64,000 nucleotides of DNA from Desulfobacterales bacterium (GCA_016931455.1 JAFGES010000065.1:2097-66096), one strand, 5' to 3'; shown: positions 1 to 9,428, counted from the stretch's first letter. The notes: generated by a model not told the origin, from the sequence alone. Numbers and translations are program-made.

Positions 1-96
1 CAACGTCAAGTCGGTTTCTCATTTTACATTTGACGACCCCAGATTTATCGTCTATTTTGCAGTATCAATAAAAAATGGACGAAAAATGGAACAACT

Positions 97-1320
97 ATGT
101 ATATAAGACGAAGCCTTGAAAGTTTTGTGACAAAAGTAACGGAGCAATTTCCAGTCTTACTGGTTACCGGCGCCAGACAGGTCGGAAAAACGACCTTTCT
201 TCAGCATTTAAGTAACAATAAGCGGACGTATGTGACTCTGGACGATCCCATGATTTTAAATCTGGCCCGGGAAGATCCGGCTCTTTTTATGCAGAGATTT
301 CCTGCCCCGGTTTTCATTGATGAAATTCAGTATGCGCCTCAACTCCTGCCTTATATCAAGATGGCTGTTGACAAAGGGCGAAAACCGGGAATGTACTGGC
401 TTACCGGCTCGCAAAAATTTCAATTGATGGATGGGGTTTCCGAATCGCTGGCCGGCCGGGTGGGGATAGTTAATCTCCTTGGTTTTTCAAGGATGGAAAC
501 ATTAGGGAAAAGTGAATATGCCAGGCCATTTTTTCCAAATCCGGAAGAAATGCAGCACCGTATCCGGGAAAACGGGCCATTACCCCTCAAAGCCTTGTTT
601 CAGCTTATCTGGCGGGGTTCATTTCCCGCAATAGCCCTTTCAATGGAGATGGACAGAGATCTGTTCTACGGTTCTTATGTCCAAACATACCTTCAAAGAG
701 ACGTTCGTGATCTTGCAAGAGTCGGTGATGAAATGGCATTTCTTCGTTTTTTACGTGCTGCCGCCGCAAGAACAGGGCAGTTATTGAATATGTCCGATAT
801 GGCAAGAGATGCGGATATTTCTCCCAATACCGCAAAAAGCTGGTTGTCCATATTGCAGGCATCCGGTGTTATCTATCTTTTGGAACCCTATCATTCAAAC
901 ATTACCAAGCGATTGGTAAAAGCCCCAAAACTCTATTTTCTTGATACAGGCCTGTGTGCTTATCTGACGGAATGGTCAAGCCCTGAAACCCTGGAGGCGG
1001 GAGCCATGACGGGCGCCATCCTGGAAACATGGATCGTTATCGAAATACTGAAAAGTTACCAGCATAATGGTCGAAGGGCTCCCATCTATTATTATCGCGA
1101 TAAAGACAAGAAAGAGGTAGATCTTCTCATTGTCCAGGATGGGATGATTTACCCATTGGAATTTAAAAAGACGGCTTCTCCAAAAAAGGATGCGGTAAAA
1201 CATTTTTCCATTCTCGAAAAATTAAAAATGCCCATTGGTTACGGCGGTGTGATCTGCCTGTCCGAGCACTGCCTCCCTTTAACGGAAAAAACGAGCGTTA
1301 TTCCGGTCAGTGCGCTATAA
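97..1320 (+). CDS. AAA+ ATPase with DUF4143-type C-terminal domain
   Basis: 407-aa ORF with Walker A GARQVGKTT and the motifs DEIQ and LTGSQ...SLAGR. It is a clear paralogue of the ORF at 39368-40555. Confidence 0.8.
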   Translation: MYIRRSLESFVTKVTEQFPVLLVTGARQVGKTTFLQHLSNNKRTYVTLDDPMILNLAREDPALFMQRFPAPVFIDEIQYAPQLLPYIKMAVDKGRKPGMYWLTGSQKFQLMDGVSESLAGRVGIVNLLGFSRMETLGKSEYARPFFPNPEEMQHRIRENGPLPLKALFQLIWRGSFPAIALSMEMDRDLFYGSYVQTYLQRDVRDLARVGDEMAFLRFLRAAAARTGQLLNMSDMARDADISPNTAKSWLSILQASGVIYLLEPYHSNITKRLVKAPKLYFLDTGLCAYLTEWSSPETLEAGAMTGAILETWIVIEILKSYQHNGRRAPIYYYRDKDKKEVDLLIVQDGMIYPLEFKKTASPKKDAVKHFSILEKLKMPIGYGGVICLSEHCLPLTEKTSVIPVSAL

Positions 1321-1557
1321 TTAAATTATTATCAGTTGAAAGTTGGAGGGCTTAAATTTTCGGTGGAATGAAGTGCTTTTCTTCCGTCTATTGCGGTTTA
1401 TACGCAGGGCTGTGACACCCTACGACTTGGCCCGTGCTGATAAAGGTGAAAGCACCATCATCATTCCGGCAATTGTTTTAATGGAGATACTTTACCTATA
1501 TGTAAAATGTAAAGCAGGGGATATTTAAAAACCCTATTTACAAATTTGCAGATGATT

Positions 1558-1760
1558 CTATGTCCAATTGGTTGGTTTGAGGCCCTCGATTCTTTGGAAA
1601 TGTTTCAAGTTATTGGTGACAAGAGTTAAATTATGGGCTAAAGCACACGAGGCCATGATCAAGTCAAAGTCATCCAAAAACAAAGTTATTGCTTTTTTAG
1701 TGCCGATAATCCAATATTTAAAAGTACATTCTACTGTTTTGATTAAAATATCAAGAAACT
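1558..1760 (-). pseudogene. PIN/VapC toxin, C-terminal remnant only
   Basis: Minus-strand translation ends ...DDFDLIMASCALAHNLTLVTNNLKHFQRIEGLKPTNWT*, which is a typical VapC C-terminus. An in-frame stop lies upstream and there is no N-terminal half. Confidence 0.5.
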
Positions 1761-1896
1761 ATATGACACTTGGTGATAAGATACAAAAGGCAAGAAAAGA
1801 GGTGGCTTCAGCGGATATCGACGGAAAAATCGATTGCGCTACCAGCTATATCAGCGCTTACAAAAAAGAAAATGCTCATCCTTTTAACGGAAAAGC

Positions 1897-2148
1897 ATGA
1901 ACATGCTTAAAAACAGGAGACGTATCATGCCGGCGGCAAACTGCAATCAAGTTATGGCCGAAATAAAAACATTAAATTTATCAGACCAGCTTCGTCTTTT
2001 GGAAGAAATGGCAACGCTGATTCGGAAAAAGGCAAGCAAAACAAAGCCCCGCAGCATTTTAGAGTTAAAAGGGAAAGGTAAGGATATCTGGAAGGGACTT
2101 AATGTAAAAGCCTATATTGATGAGGAAAGAACATCGTGGAATGGATAA
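1897..2148 (+). CDS. Putative type II antitoxin (VapB-like partner of the PIN remnant)
   Basis: Small ORF, with the likely real start at Met11 (1927). Its stop overlaps the ATG of the downstream PIN remnant (ATGGATAA at 2141-2148), the usual antitoxin-toxin coupling. Confidence 0.5.
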   Translation: MNMLKNRRRIMPAANCNQVMAEIKTLNLSDQLRLLEEMATLIRKKASKTKPRSILELKGKGKDIWKGLNVKAYIDEERTSWNG

Positions 2149-2341
2149 AGGATTTTCAAGGAAAAACGGTGGGCCTCGATACTGCGCCACTGATATACTT
2201 TATTGAGGAAAATACTGCACACCCGATGCCATCCAGATCAGTGCGGCGTTAGACGCAGGGGCGACTCATTTTTTTACCAATGATATCAGATTACCTGACA
2301 TTCCATCCATTCAGATTCTTTCTCTTGATACACTTGTTTAA
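2141..2341 (+). pseudogene. PIN/VapC toxin with internal deletion and frame change
   Basis: The N-terminal PIN segment KTVGLDTAPLIYFIEEN runs into a stop. The C-terminal segment DAIQISAALDAGATHFFTNDIRLPDIPSIQILSLDTLV* is in another frame. The middle of the domain is missing. Confidence 0.55.
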
Positions 2342-2559
2342 TATTAAGGTTCATGCAGAAAGTGCTTAAAAAATTAACTGGAAATTACTGCACTGCAATG
2401 GATGACTCGAATAATAATAGTAGAGACAAAACAGAAAATCGCTGAAATCAATTTTAATTTATAGTTGTGAATGTTCTGCACGAACGTCCCATATTACGAA
2501 CGTCCCATATTACGCATATTACCCTTTTCCAAGTTAAGAATGTGGCCTGCTTTTTTCTT

Positions 2560-3951
2560 TTATGACATCAACTTTCCTGCAAAATACCATTCACCTTCGC
2601 GAAAGCGATGTTCATTCGTTTTGATCCAATCCTTATATTGGGCTATCGCTTTCTTTTGCTCTACTACAAACATGTCGGTCTCAAACGGGAAGTCAATTCC
2701 GTAACGAATTACTAACTCTTCATAGGCCAGCCAACGAACTTTATTAGGGCTTTTTTCGGATTCCAAGTTTTCCAACAGACAAGCGGGCGAGTATGGTTTG
2801 CCATTACGATAACGGATTTTGGGGTTAAAGCGTGATTTATTTTCAGCCCACCACTTTTGCCAGTCTTCCGGTTTTTGTGAGATGCGGGTTATGGTTATGC
2901 CTGGTTCTTCGCCGGGGAGATAAAGACTTTCCCCTTGTTTCAGCTTTTCAATCTCTTCTTCAAACAATTCGTCTTCATCTATTTCTTCGGAAATAAAAAC
3001 TTCTTCGTAAATTTCCGCTCCGGTAATGAGATTTAATCCCATTGCCGCAGATTCGGCAAGATCAGCATTACAAAGACTTGCAAGAAGTATCTCAACAGTC
3101 GATATATTCCCGAGCAAACCCAATGCGATAAAAGAATCAGCGTTTGCTTTGTTGTTAATGACACTTTTCATCAAAATCACCGCCGTTGATCGGCTGCCCC
3201 CGAGTCCAAGCGGCAGAAGCGGCCAATTCTCTGAATGAACGGAGCTTAGACAATAATCTAAAGTTTGCGGATCGCCAATACGCAAGAGCGCCAAGGCCGC
3301 TGCAGAACAGACTGATTCGTCTTCATATTTAAGATACTTATTGAAAAGGAGTGTGCGGGCATATTGTTCGCGAATGCGGCCAATAGACCAAATAATGAAA
3401 GACGCTGCTTGTGTATTGTTTTGCTGCAGCGCATGGAGAAGTTCTTTCCCTGAAGGTAACCGTCGATACCCTATAAGTTTCGCAGCAACCGGAATTAGCC
3501 TTTGATCCCCTTCTGATAGAATACGAATAAATTCATCTTCCCATTCCAACGGCAGCTCAGGGTTGAGGGCGTCGCTTATGGCTTGAACTCTTTCTCCATC
3601 CTTTGGATCAAGGGCTTCCAAACACTCCAGAACAAAATCAAGTCCGTTTTGTCGACAAAAAACTCTTACTGCAGCATGGAGTTCTCCAAAGTCGCCTTCT
3701 ATTGCTTGAGTTTTACATACTTTCAATGCCAGCTCTTCGCCGACTACCAAGGCATCAATATGTGCTTCAAAGCGTTCTTCAAAGTCTGCGATATCCAACC
3801 ATGTTATTTCGAGATCATCGAATAGGGTTAGACGCTGTTCGTAAAGGAAGGAGGCTTCTTCAAGATGTTCTTTGTATAGTTCTCGTTCAAAATCTGAAAT
3901 TGATTGCGTCATTTTGAGTATAGTTGTTTTATGGTTGGGTGCAGACTGCAC
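2560..3951 (-). CDS. HEAT/PBS-lyase-like repeat protein closing the vgrG island (TIGR02270-like by memory)
   Basis: 463-aa ORF with an alternative start at Met14 (3912). It has repeated helical motifs such as AAALALLRIGDPQTL, FIALGLLGNISTVEIL and AESAAMGLNLITG. It is co-directional with the island. The family assignment has not been tested. Confidence 0.55.
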   Translation of the reverse strand: MQSAPNHKTTILKMTQSISDFERELYKEHLEEASFLYEQRLTLFDDLEITWLDIADFEERFEAHIDALVVGEELALKVCKTQAIEGDFGELHAAVRVFCRQNGLDFVLECLEALDPKDGERVQAISDALNPELPLEWEDEFIRILSEGDQRLIPVAAKLIGYRRLPSGKELLHALQQNNTQAASFIIWSIGRIREQYARTLLFNKYLKYEDESVCSAAALALLRIGDPQTLDYCLSSVHSENWPLLPLGLGGSRSTAVILMKSVINNKANADSFIALGLLGNISTVEILLASLCNADLAESAAMGLNLITGAEIYEEVFISEEIDEDELFEEEIEKLKQGESLYLPGEEPGITITRISQKPEDWQKWWAENKSRFNPKIRYRNGKPYSPACLLENLESEKSPNKVRWLAYEELVIRYGIDFPFETDMFVVEQKKAIAQYKDWIKTNEHRFREGEWYFAGKLMS

Positions 3952-3981
3952 CTTAAATATTAATGAACGATGAACGGATAC

Positions 3982-4767
3982 TCATCTAATTACTATTGAT
4001 TCAACTGGGCAAAAGGTTTTATGAAGTCTGCCAAACATGTTTACAAGTGCATCAAATGCCTCCTCAGCTGATAGAAAAATATCTATAGTATGCTCTAATG
4101 TCCACGGATCAAACATATAGATTTCTCCCGAGTGCATTGTGCTTTCCTTTGCCTCTTCTATGAAGTCAGAAAAGCCTCCAGTCTCGACTATTTTGTGCCA
4201 AGCTTCAAGATACGAAACCAAGATATCAACTTCAGGCCAAAAAAGCTTTCTTTTAAACTCGACTCGAATAAGACGATCTCGATGAAGGTGGAAAAAAGGC
4301 ACTTCTTCATAGGTAATGCCAAATGGCAAATTCGAGTACACCTTCGGAAATGGTGGTTCTTCTTCCAAAAAATCTGAAATGTAATAGAAATGATTACTGT
4401 TTTTTTGAGTAATAATACTTACACCGTCGAACGATAGTTTTTCGGGGAAGGAATGTATTAGCATTCCTAACAAAACTAGATAGATTCCTTTGTCAATATT
4501 TTTTATAATATAATGATATTGAACATCAGAATTTTTCTTATCACTTTTAATTAACCGCATTTCGGATATAGATGGAGAAAATTTTTCACCACAAAACATA
4601 CCTAAATTGGCTCCATCTGTTAAGTAGAGTAATGTTTGATCTAATTTATTTTGTGTTTGAAAATCAAGGCCCGATTTTCGGTAAAATCTAATGATTAGAT
4701 CTTGTTCCTTGATGGAAGAAGCAACTTTAATTTCGCATCCGAAAGGTAACTTATTTATGCTATCCAT
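3982..4767 (-). CDS. Hypothetical protein (261 aa), T6SS-island associated
   Basis: Long AT-rich ORF with a GAGGA Shine-Dalgarno about 9 nt upstream of the ATG. It lies 15 nt downstream of the preceding ORF. No motif could be assigned. Confidence 0.55.
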   Translation of the reverse strand: MDSINKLPFGCEIKVASSIKEQDLIIRFYRKSGLDFQTQNKLDQTLLYLTDGANLGMFCGEKFSPSISEMRLIKSDKKNSDVQYHYIIKNIDKGIYLVLLGMLIHSFPEKLSFDGVSIITQKNSNHFYYISDFLEEEPPFPKVYSNLPFGITYEEVPFFHLHRDRLIRVEFKRKLFWPEVDILVSYLEAWHKIVETGGFSDFIEEAKESTMHSGEIYMFDPWTLEHTIDIFLSAEEAFDALVNMFGRLHKTFCPVESIVIR

Positions 4768-4782
4768 TTCTTTTTTTCCTCA

Positions 4783-5673
4783 TTACTGATCAAAACGAGA
4801 TAACCACTCAAGCGTTTCGTCCTCTGTTTCGAATAATACTCTATATTCTTTAATACGAATGGATTTCACTATCTTGCCAACATCATGGTAGCTTTTTAAT
4901 AATTCACCCTTATTTATGTCTCCAAATTCTGGTTTATTGCCAGCTTGAATGATAACACCCTGTTCCAAGTTATGTATCACAACTCGATCATTTTGATTTG
5001 TTAATTCTATCGCTTTTTTTCGTAGTACTTGATAATAGTTATTATCCAATAAAGTTAACCAATTTATGCACTTAATTCCATCTTTCTCATAATGGACTGA
5101 ACCAAGCCTATCTGGAATGTCGAATCCTGAATATCTCCGGGTGAGTGAAATAAGACGTTTTGTTACTTCAGCATTCGCATTCACTGTATCAGCAATGAGG
5201 GCGTAGCCCGCCGTACCGGTGCCAAAAGGGATCTTTTGGACCAAATTTTTTGTTAAGATCAGTAAAGGCTCTGCTGATTTTTGTATATAGCTGCAGGGAA
5301 GGGTCAGACACAGGTGACCCCCTGAATTATTCAAGAAAGCGAGAGTAATTCCTTCAGGGGATATGTCTCTCGGTGATTTGCCGCCTTTTAAAATCATCAC
5401 GTAGAAACCTCGTCTTCTTGCATGCGGTTCAAACCAGAAGGGAACCATTTTTAAAGTTCTTGTTGTTATCGGCTCGAATTCCCTCATTGTTTCGGTACGA
5501 AACCATGATAGTTTGTCACCGATCAACTTAAAACATTGAGCATAAAAATTTATTATTTCCTCTCTGAGATCAAAGAAAGAGCTTTTTGTGAAAAGTGTTA
5601 TCGCTATGCTCGGTGTGATCAAAACATCTTTATCTTGTCGGTAGATTAGATTTTCCAGCATTATATACCCCAT
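4783..5673 (-). CDS. Hypothetical protein (296 aa), candidate T6SS immunity protein
   Basis: Long co-directional ORF and the first gene after the effector and the gap. It only loosely resembles DUF3396/Imm-type immunity families, and that resemblance is from memory. Confidence 0.5.
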   Translation of the reverse strand: MGYIMLENLIYRQDKDVLITPSIAITLFTKSSFFDLREEIINFYAQCFKLIGDKLSWFRTETMREFEPITTRTLKMVPFWFEPHARRRGFYVMILKGGKSPRDISPEGITLAFLNNSGGHLCLTLPCSYIQKSAEPLLILTKNLVQKIPFGTGTAGYALIADTVNANAEVTKRLISLTRRYSGFDIPDRLGSVHYEKDGIKCINWLTLLDNNYYQVLRKKAIELTNQNDRVVIHNLEQGVIIQAGNKPEFGDINKGELLKSYHDVGKIVKSIRIKEYRVLFETEDETLEWLSRFDQ

Positions 5674-6481
5674 ATTTTTTGTTAGGCGAGGAAATCATAT
5701 TAGAATTGTAACTAATCAATCGAATTGAACTTATTATGTTGGGAGCACCCATGTAGATAACCAGAATAAATGGAGCTGAAATTGGTCTTTTTTCTCAGAT
5801 TAAGTTAAAATATCGTAATAATTTTTCAAATTAAATGGTCAGATATTATTCTATATATGACTGATATATTTAAGATTATGTTATTTAATTATTAAAATGT
5901 ATATGAGAATGCAACACGTTTAGGTGCCGTTCTCGGGGAAAATGGATAGTTTTTAATATTATATTTTCAATATGTTAAATATAGTGTGTTGATATTATAG
6001 CGAATATAAATTTTAGGGTGTTTTATATATTTGCAATTACCTGAAACGACCAACTTTATTGTATGAACCAGATTCCTCCTATGCCTAAAAAAACCCATAA
6101 AATCAGTTCGCGTAGCGACCTTTTTTAAGACTTTTCGTTAAAAAGGGTTCATTTAAATGAATGTGGAAAGCCATATTAATGGTCAAAATAATCAGGAAAT
6201 ACATGTAAATTTAATCTGAAAATCAACAACCCATGGGCTAAAGTAACCCATACTAGATCAAAGAGAATGTAAAGAAAAGCCAATTCATCAATTTCATGGT
6301 CCTATTGATAGATCTCTAAGATGGCACGATTTTCCATCTCACAAATACAAAAGATCCGGATGATTAGAGACATTTTAAAGTTGAGTGTGATAATAGCAAT
6401 ATGAAAAGGCGGAATTTATGTGATTGCATGTGGTTGAAATTCATTATTACTATTATATTTTTATGGTTTAATTTTTTTCTG

Positions 6482-7294
6482 CTATGGGCATTGCTCACAC
6501 TCACATACGGCGCAGTCAATTATCATAATTTCTTTGGTTGCCTTATGATCCTGAGCCACCTGTTCGTAGCGCCCACGTTGGTCGTCTGAAAAAGTGTCTC
6601 CAGGAAATTTGAAATCTCCTATTTGTTTAAGACGACCAGTGGTGTCATAAAGAAGGATATCGGGGAAGGCTCTTCTCTGTACGCCACCAAACATCACAGG
6701 AAAATATTTTTCCAAAGTTACATTCGAGAAATAGGGATAATCCTGACGTAGTTTCTCGATATATCTTCTTAGTCGCCTTGTAAAACTACGCCACCTTCCT
6801 GCATCTTGTCTTGCTTGTTCCCCCTCTTTTAATGCCTCACAAAAGATGTGACACAAAAATTGGATCTCTTCTTCTGTTACATCAAATTTTATCTGTAATT
6901 CTTTGATAGTATTAGCATTTGGAGCATTACCATTATTAGTCATTGGATCGCCCAATCGAGGCACATTCTTGTCTTCGACTTTAACATCAAAGCTATAATT
7001 AACAAACTTAGCGATGCCTGAGGTAGTACTTGATACAACTCCCTTTGCTGTTCCTGCTTCATCTCCCTTGCTTGTACTGAACTTTGAAGTTTTCAGCATA
7101 ATGGGATTGCCATCCATTTTTACCTTACTGCTGCCGTCAGCGGTATCGGTGGATTGGGCAATATTTACGTATGGGATCGGAACAGGTGGCCCCGGGGGGG
7201 TAGGTGTCTTACAAAAGTCTGGTACTGATGGGGCCTTGCCACCGCTATCCTTATGAACAACGGTTCGACCGTTTACAATAATAGTTGCACCCAT
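6482..7294 (-). CDS. PAAR-like (DUF4150) T6SS effector with unassigned C-terminal toxin domain
   Basis: N-terminal 125 aa match the DUF4150 pattern (VVHKDSGG, PDFCKTP, PIPYVN, SKGDEAGT, GVVSST, FDVKVEDKNVPRLGDPMTNNGN). The C-terminal 140 aa carry P211-D212...D227-F-K229 and end in CAVCECEQCP. Confidence 0.8.
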   Translation of the reverse strand: MGATIIVNGRTVVHKDSGGKAPSVPDFCKTPTPPGPPVPIPYVNIAQSTDTADGSSKVKMDGNPIMLKTSKFSTSKGDEAGTAKGVVSSTTSGIAKFVNYSFDVKVEDKNVPRLGDPMTNNGNAPNANTIKELQIKFDVTEEEIQFLCHIFCEALKEGEQARQDAGRWRSFTRRLRRYIEKLRQDYPYFSNVTLEKYFPVMFGGVQRRAFPDILLYDTTGRLKQIGDFKFPGDTFSDDQRGRYEQVAQDHKATKEIMIIDCAVCECEQCP

Positions 7295-7318
7295 AAAAGT
7301 CTTTTGTTTTTAGTTAAC

Positions 7319-8452
7319 TTAAGGTTTTTTCAGCAACACAGCTGATCTCTCTTTTCCATTCGATGCTGTCCAGATCAAAGCGTTATCTCCACGAGCGTAA
7401 CCCCTTTGCCACGCAGCAATAGCTATATATACAAGGACAGCGCCCGAAGCAGCTCCGATATCTCCGTAGCAGTCTGCCGGATGCCAGATTTCCAGCGGAT
7501 CTTTGTGATTGAAGCCTGTGCGGAGATAAGCGTAAACCCACTCCATGCTCCTAAAACTCTCGCCGTTCATATCGCAGATCGTCCAATCGGCCACCTCGTC
7601 TCTGGTCTTGAAAATAGACAAGGCACGGCGTAAGCAGCTAGTCATCCCCTGGCCTATGCAGATACCATTCGAAGTCAAGGGATGTGGCTCTTCACCTAAG
7701 CCAACGGATAGGATTATAGCAAGTGGCTTTAAACGATATCGCATGGCAAAATCCAACGACGCCAAAAGACAAAATCCAGCACCTTCACCAGGAATGAATC
7801 CATCTTTATTTGCCTCTGAATGAAGGCGTTTGGTTCTGTCTATCCAATCCAGGGTGTCGGCGTCATAATAAGAGTCAACACCCCCGACAAGAACCAGTTC
7901 TTGGTCGCCGGAACTAATCCAATCAATTGCTTTCCCAATGCCAGACAAAGTGGAGGCATGGCCTGTTGGGATAACGCATTGTTTTTTTCCTAAGAATGAA
8001 ATACTAAGTTTGCTTTTCAAATGCGACAAAATAGATTCCCCGATGTTATTCTCTAACCCAGGGCGTGAGGAAGGGACACCAAGAGATATACCTATTGCAG
8101 GAAGCAAACTCCGAAGAGAGCTGTCCTTTAGCAATGCATCTATAGCCTCTCGTGCAGCTGGGATGGCCAACGCCATGAGCCGGTCCAATCCCCGCAGTTC
8201 CTCTCCGATGAATTCAGCCATCGAGAGCAAAATTGGCTCCCCAACTCTATCTATCATGTAGCTTTCTTTGAACCTAGATAAATTCGTGCGAACCGAAGCC
8301 GCAGTCATAGAGGAGTTGCAACCGATGGCTGTTAGTGCACCACAACCAAGAATACAAATATTTTGAGAAAAAATATTGTATTTAGCTGAACCTAAAGCCA
8401 CAATTCCACCTAAATATGCTTTTATCGGATATTCGCGTTTTTTCCAGCTCAA
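7319..8452 (-). CDS. Beta-ketoacyl synthase-fold protein, predicted non-catalytic
   Basis: Thiolase/KAS-like layout (GGVDSY, DGFIPGEGAGFCLL, GAASGAV). The Cys/His/His positions instead read TGHAS, DMNGES and YGDIG. The start is uncertain: a 71-nt overlap with the upstream ORF, or GTG at 8401. Confidence 0.75.
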   Translation of the reverse strand: MSWKKREYPIKAYLGGIVALGSAKYNIFSQNICILGCGALTAIGCNSSMTAASVRTNLSRFKESYMIDRVGEPILLSMAEFIGEELRGLDRLMALAIPAAREAIDALLKDSSLRSLLPAIGISLGVPSSRPGLENNIGESILSHLKSKLSISFLGKKQCVIPTGHASTLSGIGKAIDWISSGDQELVLVGGVDSYYDADTLDWIDRTKRLHSEANKDGFIPGEGAGFCLLASLDFAMRYRLKPLAIILSVGLGEEPHPLTSNGICIGQGMTSCLRRALSIFKTRDEVADWTICDMNGESFRSMEWVYAYLRTGFNHKDPLEIWHPADCYGDIGAASGAVLVYIAIAAWQRGYARGDNALIWTASNGKERSAVLLKKP

Positions 8453-9428
8453 ATGTCTTACGATGACATGGAAGATAAGTTTGCCAAGTCAACATCACGC
8501 GAGAAATATCCGGTTCGATGACAACTGAACCGAGCTTGGTCTGATGATCGACCCATTGACCTCCCAGAAGGGTTTTGAATTCCAACAAGATTTCCGGCAA
8601 GGGGAATCCCAAGTATCCATCTGGTGTTAAATGGTGCAATTCGATATATTCACCACCCAACAGGTGTGGTGAAAACACAAAATCCGGATTTGCCCCCAGA
8701 AAAAAACGAAAATCAAAGTCCAAAGGATACAGTGGCAATCGGTTTTCAATATATTCCTGATCGCAAGTACCTGCATAACGACGTCTAGGCTCCCAGTGCT
8801 TGCATATAAATCCGACACCGACCGGGTTTGGTCGGCTCTTCCAACTCTTTATTTTGTTTTTTGGATCTTCAAGATTTGGCAAGGGTTTGTTTTTCAGAAA
8901 AGAAGACGATAGACCAAATCCGGTGCCTATAGGATTCCGAAATTCAGCTCCTTGCTTTTTAGGATCATTATTAGAAATATCAGCGCCACCAAAAGCCCGT
9001 TCATAGATCAAGGGCATCTTTACAAACGGCTTGGGTGCCGTCATCGCCAAACCGATTAGTGATCCACGCCATGTTCGATCTCCGTAAACCCGAATTCTCT
9101 TATGTCTTCCGGCCACTTTTATGTCGACGTCTAATTTCGAAACTGGCTTTTCCCTAGGTGTATATGCATGACCGTTGATGACAACATCAGTACCAGGTTT
9201 TTTAAAAACTAACTCGTTTTCGTATTTCATACTTGAGTTCCCTGGCTCACCATAGTATTCATCCGCAATACAGATTGGTTCTTGTTTATCTGCCAGAAAT
9301 AGTTGCCCCTTCTTTATTTCAAAAGAGGCTTTCACTGCGACTACCCATATCTCAGAACCATCAATATCAAGAAAAACAGCTCTCTCAGCTTTATATGGGG
9401 TTCTGTTGTCCAGCTGTAGCATCGACAA
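8382..9428 (-). CDS. DUF2169 domain protein (T6SS adaptor family)
   Basis: The N-terminus LDNRTPYKAERAVFLDIDGSEIWVVAVKASF and the overall length fit DUF2169. It sits between vgrG and a DUF4150 effector, as in known clusters. Confidence 0.8.
   Translation of the reverse strand: MSMLQLDNRTPYKAERAVFLDIDGSEIWVVAVKASFEIKKGQLFLADKQEPICIADEYYGEPGNSSMKYENELVFKKPGTDVVINGHAYTPREKPVSKLDVDIKVAGRHKRIRVYGDRTWRGSLIGLAMTAPKPFVKMPLIYERAFGGADISNNDPKKQGAEFRNPIGTGFGLSSSFLKNKPLPNLEDPKNKIKSWKSRPNPVGVGFICKHWEPRRRYAGTCDQEYIENRLPLYPLDFDFRFFLGANPDFVFSPHLLGGEYIELHHLTPDGYLGFPLPEILLEFKTLLGGQWVDHQTKLGSVVIEPDISRVMLTWQTYLPCHRKTFELEKTRISDKSIFRWNCGFRFS

Noticed and set aside
6401-6589. A 62-aa hydrophobic plus-strand ORF overlaps the toxin gene's 3' end and was considered as a possible small immunity protein.
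   Set aside because: It is on the opposite strand and overlaps the effector coding sequence by more than 100 nt. It has no ribosome-binding site that I can see, and its hydrophobicity is explained by the AT/T-rich sequence. It is kept only as a remote possibility under the gap finding.
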